IMG/VR virus record: IMGVR_UViG_3300036939_000039
Location: 1 to 64,000 of that record
Length of the DNA stretch: 64,000 nt
Direction: 5' to 3' (one strand)
DNA from: a virus
Below are positions 43,361 through 51,456 of this stretch, piece by piece. The notes below the pieces were generated by a model. That model was not told where the DNA came from. It made no database searches and saw only the letters and a program-made list of their open reading frames with translations. A program made the translations under genes and the position numbers. The number at the start of each line of letters is the position of its first letter. Position 1 is the stretch's first letter.

Positions 43361-43906
43361 CTACAACCCACCAAACAGATATTTCGTAGGCATATCATCA
43401 GGCAATGCACAGATCCGTGCAAAGATTATGTCATTGTCTCTGATGTATTTAAGCCATTGATCGGCAACGTGACGTCCATTTTGTTCGCCAATACTTAGAT
43501 AGGCATTGACAAATTCGTCGGCATGAAAATCCAGTAAGCTCTTGATTCTTCTGTATTTTGGGGCATTAAGATCAAAATCTGGACGCAAAACCATAAAGAC
43601 CTTTGCGTTTCGCTTACACAGGTAGAGAGGTATCCCTGTCCTGTAAAGTGCCTCTACCAGGACTTCTGTGCGAATTTCTAAATCGATGTCGTTTTTTGCT
43701 CTAGATATTTCAGAGCGATCGCTGATGAGTTTTTTGACTTTAGCGGCGATCGCGGCAAAGGTTGGGAAAAGCATACTGTCTGACTCCGAATAGCTAGCAA
43801 CAAGTAAAAAGCAAAGGAGATCACGTTCAATTTTGGCGACCTCTTTTACCTCTAATTGCAAGCTAGCCAAACTAGTGGATTTTTTTAGTTTAGCTAGCTG
43901 CGACAA
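43361..43906 (-). CDS. hypothetical protein
   Basis: 181-aa ORF. Confidence 0.5.
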   Translation of the reverse strand: MSQLAKLKKSTSLASLQLEVKEVAKIERDLLCFLLVASYSESDSMLFPTFAAIAAKVKKLISDRSEISRAKNDIDLEIRTEVLVEALYRTGIPLYLCKRNAKVFMVLRPDFDLNAPKYRRIKSLLDFHADEFVNAYLSIGEQNGRHVADQWLKYIRDNDIIFARICALPDDMPTKYLFGGL

Positions 43907-43911
43907 GGGGT

Positions 43912-44679
43912 TTAGCCCTGCTGTTTTTTCTTTGCTGCTAGCCTCTGAAAAGGGTCTAGCGATTCATCCTCGGCGGTATTTTGGTTTAATCGTTGCTCGG
44001 CTTTCTGCTGTTCCTGAATTTCCAGTTGTCCAAGAATAGCATCGATGTCTATCCCCAATGCTTTAGCTAATTCAACTGGATGGTTAGCTGTTGAAGTTCC
44101 TTGTTCAACCAGCAGATCTTCGCGATCGCTTAGTTCTTTTTCCCTTCGCTGAATTTCCTGTAACTCAGCCGCAATTTGCCCTGTCTCGCGTGCAGCAAGC
44201 AATTCTTTCTGTCGCTGCGATCTCTGAAAGCCTTCCAAAAAAGCGATTTGACATTCGCGGTCATGAAGTGCCTGATCAAACTTCTTGATAATACTTTGGC
44301 TGAGTCCAGTTGCAGCCGCAACGTCTTTAATTTCTGTCAACTTCAGCTTCTGGTGAATTTGGATTTCACCGCCACCTAATTGCTCTTTTGGTGCATTGAC
44401 AGACTCTGTTGGACTAGACGCCTCATTCTCTTTCTCTGCCTCTATTTCCTTCCCAGCAGACAAAGCAGGCGTTACGTCAGCTGGATTGCTTCTAGCTTTA
44501 ATAGCCGCCACAGCCAACCGTGCATTTCGGGCGATCGCTTCAGAGACAATAGAGTCCTCCTTTGCGTTTTTAATGCCCATCTTCGATAAAAGAGGGATAA
44601 GGTCATTGATGTCTATCAATAACTCTTCTGCCAATAATTGAGCCGTTAATGTCTCTGTTTTGCCGTTCTTGCTAGTCAT
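43912..44679 (-). CDS. hypothetical protein
   Basis: ATG 44679 is preferred (AAGGA SD, ATGA overlap with the upstream gene). The longer ORF-track start would read through the palindrome. Confidence 0.5.
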   Translation of the reverse strand: MTSKNGKTETLTAQLLAEELLIDINDLIPLLSKMGIKNAKEDSIVSEAIARNARLAVAAIKARSNPADVTPALSAGKEIEAEKENEASSPTESVNAPKEQLGGGEIQIHQKLKLTEIKDVAAATGLSQSIIKKFDQALHDRECQIAFLEGFQRSQRQKELLAARETGQIAAELQEIQRREKELSDREDLLVEQGTSTANHPVELAKALGIDIDAILGQLEIQEQQKAEQRLNQNTAEDESLDPFQRLAAKKKQQG

Positions 44680-44936
44680 GATTTTTTCCTTGGTGATTTT
44701 TTCCGGGTTGTAGACTGTGGTTGATACTTGAGAGTGTCTAATATTAGACTTGGTGCTGTCCATCGCCTATACGCATCGCAGTCAATATTGCTGCATTTAT
44801 AGGCATCTAGGCCAGGGATGGCGATCGCTTTGGTGCATAACCTGCACTTTCCGTAAGGAAAACGTTTTCCCATGTCTTCTTCTTGGTCAATAATTTCTAG
44901 TAGAGTTAACGGTGAATCTCTGGTCATTGACGGCAC
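44676..44936 (-). CDS. small zinc-ribbon protein
   Basis: CRLC...CSNIDC. Reads through the palindrome copy at 44736 as S-L-I-L-D. Confidence 0.4.
   Translation of the reverse strand: MPSMTRDSPLTLLEIIDQEEDMGKRFPYGKCRLCTKAIAIPGLDAYKCSNIDCDAYRRWTAPSLILDTLKYQPQSTTRKKSPRKKS
44736..44749. repeat. 14-bp palindrome (exact)
   Basis: Lies within the 3' part of 44676..44936. Confidence 0.97.
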
Positions 44937-44954
44937 ATCTCACTTTTAGTTGTG

Positions 44955-45320
44955 TTAATTTTCGGAAAAATCAAGAGGGTGGGGATGCTCGACGCGGTAA
45001 CATTCCAAGGCAAAATCGACGTCATTCCAAATGTTGATTAAATCAGAGAACTCTTTGAGTAATTCAATTTGACGCCGCTGAAGAATGCGATTATCGATGC
45101 CGTTCAAGCACGTGATTTGTTGATATTCGTAGCAGTTCTGAAACAACAAATTCCTGTACCGCATTACAGTGCGATCGCTTTTACCCAAAAATCTGCAAAT
45201 CCACTTGATTCTTGCAGTTCGTGGGATGTCAATCGCGTTAGAGCAAGCATCAAAAAAATACTCTTGACGTTCCTTGGCTGATTCAGACGGCGTTAGACGT
45301 CTTACCTGTAGCTGTTGCAT
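44955..45320 (-). CDS. putative HTH DNA-binding protein
   Basis: ATG 45320 is preferred (GAGG SD). GKSDRTVMRYRNLL is HTH-like. The ORF-track extension covers a promoter region. Confidence 0.45.
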   Translation of the reverse strand: MQQLQVRRLTPSESAKERQEYFFDACSNAIDIPRTARIKWICRFLGKSDRTVMRYRNLLFQNCYEYQQITCLNGIDNRILQRRQIELLKEFSDLINIWNDVDFALECYRVEHPHPLDFSEN

Positions 45321-45338
45321 CCTCGACCTCTCTCTTCC

Positions 45339-45474
45339 ATATCTAACACTATAGGGGTGTGTACAACGTGCTGGCAACCCCATAGTGTTAGATATAAACA
45401 AATTAGATTGATTAAGGCAAAATACATAAAACAACCTGTGTACACGTTGCAGGCACCCCCATAAATGATAAAGT
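45339..45474. promoter_or_regulatory. divergent promoter region with back-to-back TAGTGTTAGATAT elements
   Basis: - Inverted copies of ATAGTGTTAGATAT at 45339-45357 and 45377-45395.
- Direct repeat GTGTACA..CCCCATA at 45359 and 45438.
- Second plus-strand promoter: TTGCAG (45447), 16 nt, TAAAGT (45469). Confidence 0.5.
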
Positions 45475-45503
45475 AAAAGCTTCAAGACTAAAAAGGGCTA
45501 AAA

Positions 45504-45797
45504 ATGACAGACAAAAGGCAGACTTACAAAGTGAACCTGTACATTCCGGGCTTTCACTATTTATTAGCAAGAGCGCTTGCCGCAAAAAACCAAGAACCAG
45601 TAGGCGCACTACTCAAGCGCTTAATCCTTCCCCAGATTGAAGAAGCGGCGTCTAGTAGTTTTCGGGCGTCTAACGCACTTTTTAGCGCGATCGCTAAAAA
45701 TGAAATTTCAGAGGATCTCGCAGCTGAATTAATGCTGCATTTACGGGCAAACGGAGAAGTTGTCGAAGAAAGCGACGCACCACGAGAAGAGGTATAA
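45504..45797 (+). CDS. ribbon-helix-helix (Arc/CopG-like) protein
   Basis: N-terminal KRQTYKVNLYIPGFHYLLARALAAKNQEPVGALLKRLI fits the beta-alpha-alpha RHH layout. Confidence 0.5.
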   Translation: MTDKRQTYKVNLYIPGFHYLLARALAAKNQEPVGALLKRLILPQIEEAASSSFRASNALFSAIAKNEISEDLAAELMLHLRANGEVVEESDAPREEV

Positions 45798-45844
45798 TAA
45801 AGGATTGCTGCGCGTACAGGCGTACCAAACGAATCTTACACTAC

Positions 45845-45881
45845 AAAACCGTTTAGCTACCCTAGCGCTAAACGGTTTTTT
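45845..45881. terminator. bidirectional Rho-independent terminator
   Basis: 13-bp stem aaaaccgtttagc / gctaaacggtttt with an A-run upstream and a T-run downstream. Confidence 0.8.
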
Positions 45882-45890
45882 CTTTGACTT

Positions 45891-45904
45891 GTCAAATATT
45901 AGAC
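45891..45904. repeat. palindrome variant GTCAAATATTAGAC (1 mismatch)
   Basis: Lies directly after the terminator, between convergent genes. Confidence 0.9.
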
Positions 45905-45949
45905 AGGCACTACAAACCGTAAGGGATTGATTCTCCTGTGGTTTGTAGA

Positions 45950-46339
45950 TTAATACTCAAGTCCAATTCCGTAGCCTTCGCAATACGGACTATCTTCAGT
46001 GAATTCAGTAATTTTGGGTTGGCGCGTCACCCCATGGCGTAATCCTAAATCAAACTGTGACCTATCTAATTCGTCTGTCCAGTCATTATGCTTATTGCTC
46101 AAAGCCTGTAAAAGTACCTTCCAGCGTCCACTTCCTCGGTTATCCTCATCACCGCCAAAGTCATTACAATTAGTTGCTTCAATTGCCTCAACGCAATCCA
46201 GAGTAGCAGTCCAATGAGCTTTTACTGTCTGCTCGTCTTTTAAGCAATAAAGGCGATCGCGCCCTAGCCCCCGATCTTCAGCAAAAGGGCAATTACTGCA
46301 CACAACGTTAAAGTCAATAAGCTGCGCTTTGGTTGACAT
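45950..46339 (-). CDS. hypothetical Cys-rich protein
   Basis: 129-aa ORF. Confidence 0.5.
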   Translation of the reverse strand: MSTKAQLIDFNVVCSNCPFAEDRGLGRDRLYCLKDEQTVKAHWTATLDCVEAIEATNCNDFGGDEDNRGSGRWKVLLQALSNKHNDWTDELDRSQFDLGLRHGVTRQPKITEFTEDSPYCEGYGIGLEY

Positions 46340-46373
46340 TTGCCTTTAACTCAATTACGAATCTTACCTCTAA

Positions 46374-46403
46374 ATACTAACACCCTTTTTACTGACTTGG
46401 CAA
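46374..46403 (-). promoter_or_regulatory. promoter with GGGTGTTAGTAT motif
   Basis: Minus-strand reading is TTGCCA, 18 nt, TAGTAT preceded by TGT. Confidence 0.45.
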
Positions 46404-46420
46404 TATAGCATAGGCGATTT

Positions 46421-46434
46421 GTCTAATATTGGAC
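46421..46434. repeat. palindrome variant GTCTAATATTGGAC (1 mismatch)
   Basis: Lies 17 nt upstream (minus sense) of the -35 box of the 46339 gene. Confidence 0.9.
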
Positions 46435-46495
46435 AAAAGAAAAACCGTACCAGCAAGGCACGGTTAGCAAGGAGTTAGTTGTTGGGTAAGTAGCG

Positions 46496-47065
46496 CTAAA
46501 ACAAGGATTCTCCAAGGGAGGAAAACCCCTTGCGCTTGATAGATACTCCAGGAGATACAGATCCTGGTAACTGCTTATCCTCGGTTAACGGGTGCTTTAA
46601 CTTTTGGTTGTATGATTTGCATAACCGATAAAAGTCTTTACACTTCCACGTCAAATCATCAGCGCCCAATTCTCCTAATCGGGAAAACCCTCCCAGTTGC
46701 TGCAAAGCATATCGTTGAGAATCCGTCAACATTTGATTAAGTACTGCTGCGCGAAATGCAGTATGATCTTTGTCTTGTGAATTAGAGATCGCGGCTGCCT
46801 CCAGGATTGACTTCCACGCATCCTGAAGCGCGATGTCTTCCAGCGCGACAGGGTCGCCCTTAAGCAATCCCACAAACTCATCAATAGCTGGGACGCGATC
46901 GCGCTGCCTCATGCAAAGTGTGACAGTCTGCAAGAATTCCTCGTCCGTCAAGTTTTGGTTGCACACGGAGAACCACACCGAGATTGCTGTTTCATTAGCA
47001 GGTTTGCCGTAGTATTCCAGTAACTCTTTCAAAACCTTAGTGAATTGCTCAATGTCGCGAATCAT
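46496..47065 (-). CDS. hypothetical protein, possibly SPP1 G39P-like helicase loader
   Basis: LLEYYGKPANETAISVWFSVCNQNLTDEEF...VPAIDEF resembles the G39P-type pattern (Yp....et...W...l.d.....fpP.i.ei). Weak. Confidence 0.3.
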   Translation of the reverse strand: MIRDIEQFTKVLKELLEYYGKPANETAISVWFSVCNQNLTDEEFLQTVTLCMRQRDRVPAIDEFVGLLKGDPVALEDIALQDAWKSILEAAAISNSQDKDHTAFRAAVLNQMLTDSQRYALQQLGGFSRLGELGADDLTWKCKDFYRLCKSYNQKLKHPLTEDKQLPGSVSPGVSIKRKGFSSLGESLF

Positions 47066-47104
47066 GGTACACTCCTTCTACGGTGATGGAATTATTTGAC
47101 ACAA

Positions 47105-47150
47105 AGCGATCGCTTACCTTGAATCAGGAGACTATAAGGGGCGATCGCTT
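47105..47150. repeat. 45-bp intergenic repeat, copy 1
   Basis: AGCGATCGCTTACCTTGAATCAGGAGACTATAAGGGGCGATCGCTT, a hairpin-capable unit bounded by HIP1 sites. Confidence 0.85.
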
Positions 47151-47155
47151 ATTCT

Positions 47156-47491
47156 TTAGCTAGCCCTGGTCTTAGTGCGGTGCTCTCGCTGCTTATTCCG
47201 TAGGTAAGTTTTGCGATCGCCTTTCCCCAATAGCTTGTCTTCATCCCACACCTCATAATGAAGCGCTTCTATGGCTTCCTTGATAGCTTGGGTTGGCTCC
47301 ATACCCTCGTTATCGATCTTAGCCTGTGCTAGTGTCTCTACTACTAGGATGCGGGTTAGATGGGGAGCGCCCCAACATGTGCGCAGTTGTGGATCAGTAG
47401 TGACGTTGAAGCGATCGCGCCAATACTTGACAGGGTGTCCGGTCAATAGGACAGATAGTAAATCGGTACATTGTACATTGTTGATACTCAT
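47156..47491 (-). CDS. hypothetical protein
   Basis: 111-aa ORF with a 4-nt overlap with the upstream gene. Confidence 0.5.
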   Translation of the reverse strand: MSINNVQCTDLLSVLLTGHPVKYWRDRFNVTTDPQLRTCWGAPHLTRILVVETLAQAKIDNEGMEPTQAIKEAIEALHYEVWDEDKLLGKGDRKTYLRNKQREHRTKTRAS

Positions 47492-48303
47492 TTTTTAAAA
47501 CCCAGTGAAGTTTTAATGAATTGAAGGCAAGAAAGAGGGTACCATTCGCCAATAACGGCTTTATTCTTGTTTTGAGCGTGAAAAGATTGTTCTTCCTGCA
47601 ATGTTCCTTTTTTGACTCCAATAAGCTCTAAGCGGCTTGGACTAGCAGATTGAAGGTTAGCTAATCGGCTTTCGGGATTCTGAGAGAAGCCGACTTTAAT
47701 GGCAGATGCTGACTTAATTAAATAGATATACCCAATGTTTTTGTTGCTTTGAGTTTGATTAATTCCAGGGAAGCTATCTACAGAAGTGGGTTTAGCTTGT
47801 ACTTGCTCTAGTCCAAAATATTTACGACCAAAAGCAAGATTCCAACAATAGGTCAGCACACTCCCGCCACAGTTCTCAGGCATGAACCTTTCTATAGCCT
47901 CACAATCAACATCTTCCATTATTCCCATTCGTAAAGCACAAGTTGCCATAGATAACACAGAAGGAGAAGAAAGATTTTCCCATTCGCCATAAATAATTCG
48001 GTCTTCGTCCCCTGGCTCCCATTCGCTAACGCCTTTCAAACAAAGGTCTTCTGGTATTTCAAAAGACCGAACTTGCACAATACCTTGGCGATTAACCTGC
48101 GCGTTACGGCTATCTACATAAAAAGAACTAAAATTAGGGGAAACCAAAGGATTAAGCTGAATTAAGTGAACTGGAGAATCCAGTAAATTTAATTGACCCC
48201 CGATCGCAGGATGATCTTGACCAAAAAAGACAGGCTCTATAAGAAGATTGAAGTTTTGAAATTTAGCCCACCTTAAATCAACTGTTGAATTTTGTGCTTT
48301 CAT
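47488..48303 (-). CDS. protein with C-terminal T5orf172 (GIY-YIG-related) domain
   Basis: GYIYLIKSASAIKVGFSQNPESRLANLQSASP...EEQSFHAQ...IGEWYPL. Confidence 0.5.
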   Translation of the reverse strand: MKAQNSTVDLRWAKFQNFNLLIEPVFFGQDHPAIGGQLNLLDSPVHLIQLNPLVSPNFSSFYVDSRNAQVNRQGIVQVRSFEIPEDLCLKGVSEWEPGDEDRIIYGEWENLSSPSVLSMATCALRMGIMEDVDCEAIERFMPENCGGSVLTYCWNLAFGRKYFGLEQVQAKPTSVDSFPGINQTQSNKNIGYIYLIKSASAIKVGFSQNPESRLANLQSASPSRLELIGVKKGTLQEEQSFHAQNKNKAVIGEWYPLSCLQFIKTSLGFKK

Positions 48304-48412
48304 GGAATTAACCTTCTGTACGGTTTATCAGGTGAGGGCGTCCTAAACTTCCTCACCTGATTTAATTTATCTCGAATAGTGTTGATCGTCAACACTTCAT
48401 TGAAATCTCGTA

Positions 48413-48454
48413 AGCGATCGCTTGCCTTGAATCAGGAGCCTATAAGGAGCGATC
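48413..48454. repeat. 45-bp intergenic repeat, copy 2
   Basis: AGCGATCGCTTGCCTTGAATCAGGAGCCTATAAGGAGCGATC, about 90 percent identical to copy 1. Confidence 0.85.
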
Positions 48455-48486
48455 TAGTTTCATCGATTCTGAGGTTTGTTTGCAGC

Positions 48487-48762
48487 TTATGGTTCGATTG
48501 AGTGAGGAACAAAAAGAGGATATTTGTATTTTTTATACCAATAAATCATCCCATCGCAACTTTTGCCAATTTCTGGTACTGAATCAGATCCAACAAATCC
48601 GAGGCGACAACTCCAAATTCGCCCAGTAGGTTCTCCGCCGTTTAAGGAGTCCTCTGTATATTCTTCTATGTCAACGTGCGTACTTATTGATCTATCGGTG
48701 TAATCTGTCCAGGTATCTAGTAGGACACCCCACACCCAAAACGCTAAATCTTGCTTGCTCAT
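48487..48762 (-). CDS. hypothetical protein
   Basis: 91-aa ORF. Confidence 0.45.
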   Translation of the reverse strand: MSKQDLAFWVWGVLLDTWTDYTDRSISTHVDIEEYTEDSLNGGEPTGRIWSCRLGFVGSDSVPEIGKSCDGMIYWYKKYKYPLFVPHSIEP

Positions 48763-48945
48763 GCCTCTTCCTTTATAGTGATGGAACTAATTTGATACAG
48801 GGTGATCGCTTGGTCTTTGGTAATGGCGAGAGAATGCTCGTCATCCTTCGAGCGATAGCGAAGCAAAAATACAAAGCACAAGTCACCTATAATATCAGTG
48901 GTTAAGCTACCATACAAAGGTTCTCCTTTGACACTCAGAGCAACC

Positions 48946-48987
48946 TACCTCCTGCGGTTCGGAAAGCTATTGCCGCAGGAGGTATTT
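48946..48987 (+). terminator. strong hairpin / orphan terminator
   Basis: 12-bp stem tacctcctgcgg / ccgcaggaggta, 15-nt loop, then TTTC. No upstream CDS on this strand. Confidence 0.5.
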
Positions 48988-49032
48988 CATGTATTATAAG
49001 TAGAATGCCCGATAGGTATAGAGTCTTAGGAC

Positions 49033-49064
49033 GCGGTGAAAGGAGATGCTTCACCGCTCTTTCT
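49033..49064 (+). terminator. hairpin / orphan terminator
   Basis: gcggtgaa / ttcaccgc stem followed by TCTTTCT. Confidence 0.4.
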
Positions 49065-49203
49065 ATCGATACAGCGTATACTGTCTTACCATGCTCCTAA
49101 GCGATCGCCCAGAGTAAAGCGATCGCCTATTTTTTCTGTCTCCCATGGAATTCTAGGTTCTATAGGTAATATACGATTTTTGCTGTTGTGCTAAAATCAG
49201 CGG

Positions 49204-49217
49204 ATCTAATATTAGAC
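49204..49217. repeat. palindrome variant ATCTAATATTAGAC (1 mismatch)
   Basis: Lies 5 nt upstream of the remnant ATG. Same variant and same spacing as at 50437. Confidence 0.9.
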
Positions 49218-49222
49218 AAATC

Positions 49223-49387
49223 ATGGACACGTTGGGCAGTTGTCCTCAACTTAATCGTCTATTGGCAACACTAAGTGGACACATCAGCATCAATGCGATA
49301 GCAAAGCGAGAAGATCGAAGCGCGGATCGCCCACCATCAAAATCTTGTCATGTAGTAGTTTCAGGCTTGACGAGTGCGGTAAAATAG
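49223..49387 (+). pseudogene. truncated duplicate of the endolysin gene 5' end
   Basis: MDTLGSCPQLNRLLATLSGHISINAIA matches MSTLDICPQLNRLLTTLSGHISINAIA of 50456..51256 and then diverges. Upstream DNA 49166-49222 also matches 50398-50455. Confidence 0.7.
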
Positions 49388-49424
49388 GACATCAGGAACA
49401 TGAACATGCACGTAAGAAAGCAAT

Positions 49425-49460
49425 AAAAAAGCGGATCACTGGCAAGGCGATCCGCTTTTT
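49425..49460. terminator. bidirectional Rho-independent terminator
   Basis: gcggatc / gatccgc stem with A6 upstream and T5 downstream. Confidence 0.7.
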
Positions 49461-49475
49461 ACTATTCGTCCATTA

Positions 49476-49489
49476 GTCGAATATCAGAC
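49476..49489. repeat. degenerate palindrome GTCGAATATCAGAC (2 mismatches)
   Basis: Lies between the terminator and the stop of 49505..50248. Confidence 0.6.
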
Positions 49490-49504
49490 TAACTCCGTCA
49501 GGAT

Positions 49505-50248
49505 TCATCTGACGCGAGTTGTGTGCACCTTAACATCCAGAAACTCCTTAATTGCCTCATCTAGTTGTGGGCACTGGAGATACAGATTAATCTCTCGTTG
49601 AGTGCCATTGCAAAGTCGCTTCTCTAGCTTGCGGGTTAAGTCGTACTGCTTAACCCATTTCCCCAGTTGACTACGATGCTTGGTAACCAAACTGACGGGG
49701 TAACCAAGTTGTTCGGCTCTTTCTGCAACGCCTAGCCAAGTCTCAGTAGGAGATAAAGCAGGTTGTCCAAGTCCCAAGATATCGCACACCAAGTCTTGGG
49801 CAGATTGCAAGAAGCGTGGATTCTTGATGTCTATGCCAAAAAACTCCAAAGATTCTTTGAGTTGTACGGCTTTATCAACGCGATCGCAAGAAGTTAATGC
49901 TGGTGTTACCGTAGGCGCTGCATCCTCGACTTTGATTTTATAGCCTGCGATCTGGTAGAGGTAGAGACGGCAACCTGCGTTTAACATCTGTGTTGCCAGC
50001 CCAGGGCTATCTTTCACGATCCACTGAGAGATCAGAGTTTCTGGTATTAATGCAACGGTTCGCAATCCTTGCACTGTCTGGATTTCAGCGTTTTTTATGC
50101 CTTCTTTTGCAACGGTTCCTAAACGACGAGAGATCACTGATTTATCCTTTCCACTCATCCGAGCATAGCCAGAAACGGTTGCAAAAGCTTCGCCCGTTTG
50201 AGTATTGATTGCCAGCTCGATGCCATCTTGCTTGAAAACTGTTAACAT
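49505..50248 (-). CDS. KilA/antirepressor-like DNA-binding protein (tentative)
   Basis: 247 aa. N-terminal FATVSGYARMSGKDKSVISRRL is HTH-like. The C-terminal WLGVAERAEQLGYPVSLVTKHRSQLGKWV resembles KilAC-type regions. Confidence 0.35.
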   Translation of the reverse strand: MLTVFKQDGIELAINTQTGEAFATVSGYARMSGKDKSVISRRLGTVAKEGIKNAEIQTVQGLRTVALIPETLISQWIVKDSPGLATQMLNAGCRLYLYQIAGYKIKVEDAAPTVTPALTSCDRVDKAVQLKESLEFFGIDIKNPRFLQSAQDLVCDILGLGQPALSPTETWLGVAERAEQLGYPVSLVTKHRSQLGKWVKQYDLTRKLEKRLCNGTQREINLYLQCPQLDEAIKEFLDVKVHTTRVR

Positions 50249-50436
50249 GGTGTTACTTGAATTTAATTGAGTAGTAAGCCGCCTTTCCCTAGTAGTTGAG
50301 GCGGCTTTATCTATATTAGCTGGTCTAATACCCGACTTGCAATAGCGATAGGCAGGCGATCGCTTATTCTTTTTTTTGTCTGTTTTAAATCCTGATGGTT
50401 AATATACGATTTTTGTTGTTGTGATAAAATCGACAG

Positions 50437-50450
50437 ATCTAATATTAGAC
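50437..50450. repeat. palindrome variant ATCTAATATTAGAC (1 mismatch)
   Basis: Lies 5 nt upstream of the endolysin ATG. Confidence 0.9.
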
Positions 50451-50455
50451 AAATC

Positions 50456-51256
50456 ATGAGTACATTAGACATTTGCCCTCAGCTTAATCGTTTACTGACA
50501 ACGCTGAGTGGGCATATTAGCATCAATGCGATCGCCCCTGCAACGCTCACAGAAATCCAGCGAATACTGAGCAACGTAAAAACATCTGAGTACCCAAATG
50601 GCTACTATACCGGAGAAATTGACGGGATACCAGGAAGGCAGACCGCGATCGCTTTTGCAAAATTCAAGGAAGATCATTGGTTGCAATACCCAGACATCTT
50701 GGGTCGCTCCACCGTCCTTGCATTGCTGGAGGTGGCGAAAGGGGTGCATCCTGTAACCGAGCAGGTACAGGGTTTAAATCAAACACCTTTGTCTAGCGAA
50801 ATAATTGGAACCCGTACAGGAGCGTCAATGCGGTTACCTGATAATAGGCTCGTGTTTGCCAATGAGCTTATTACCCCTGGTTCTTATCTCACTTGGGGCG
50901 AATTCACTAAAAACTGCACCCGACCCCTAGAGGAAAAGTACCAGATTGCCAACGCGATCGCCTATGCCAAGACATTTGCATGGGTTCGCGACAAATGGGG
51001 TTCTCCTATTGGGATGACGTCTGGATTCAGACCCCCTGCGATTAACCGCGCCGTGGGCGGAGTTAGCGGTTCTCAGCATCCCTATGCCAATGCAGGCGAT
51101 ATCTTCCCTATAGCGAGTAGTATTTATGAGTTGCTAGCAGTTATCAAGGTGTCGCCCTTCACGGCGATCGGGCTAGGTATGTGCAAGGGGTTTATTCATA
51201 CCGATATCAGAAAAGGAAATTCTAACAGCAAAATTGTTTTTTCTTACGGATGCTGA
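50456..51256 (+). CDS. endolysin: PG_binding_1-like domain plus peptidase M15-type domain
   Basis: YYTGEIDGIPGRQTAIAFAKFK (peptidoglycan-binding repeat). SGFRPPAINRAVGGVSGSQHPYANAGD and FIHTD are M15 zinc-ligand motifs. Confidence 0.8.
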   Translation: MSTLDICPQLNRLLTTLSGHISINAIAPATLTEIQRILSNVKTSEYPNGYYTGEIDGIPGRQTAIAFAKFKEDHWLQYPDILGRSTVLALLEVAKGVHPVTEQVQGLNQTPLSSEIIGTRTGASMRLPDNRLVFANELITPGSYLTWGEFTKNCTRPLEEKYQIANAIAYAKTFAWVRDKWGSPIGMTSGFRPPAINRAVGGVSGSQHPYANAGDIFPIASSIYELLAVIKVSPFTAIGLGMCKGFIHTDIRKGNSNSKIVFSYGC

Positions 51257-51295
51257 GTCATAATATAGTTGTCAGGAACATACACAAAGCAACAA

Positions 51296-51318
51296 AGCAG
51301 GTAACAATACCTGCTTTT
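51296..51318 (+). terminator. Rho-independent terminator
   Basis: agcaggta / tacctgct stem, 4-nt loop, TTTT. Confidence 0.75.
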
Positions 51319-51456
51319 ACTATTTGTGATATTGTTGGAATAGATGCACAGGTTGCCGCCACAATGCAAGAAAATCGCTCGGATTGAGGCGGCATTTATG
51401 AAAATCAATTACCACCCTGTTTCGTGCGATCGCTTTATCTGTCAGGCGATCGCATT

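Noticed and set aside
48326-48397. Hairpins between 47488..48303 and 48487..48762 as terminators.
   Set aside because: The stems are present (ATCAGGTGAGG/CCTCACCTGAT and GTGTTGA/TCAACAC). However, the U-tract lies on the non-transcribed strand for this minus-strand operon, so their function is unclear.
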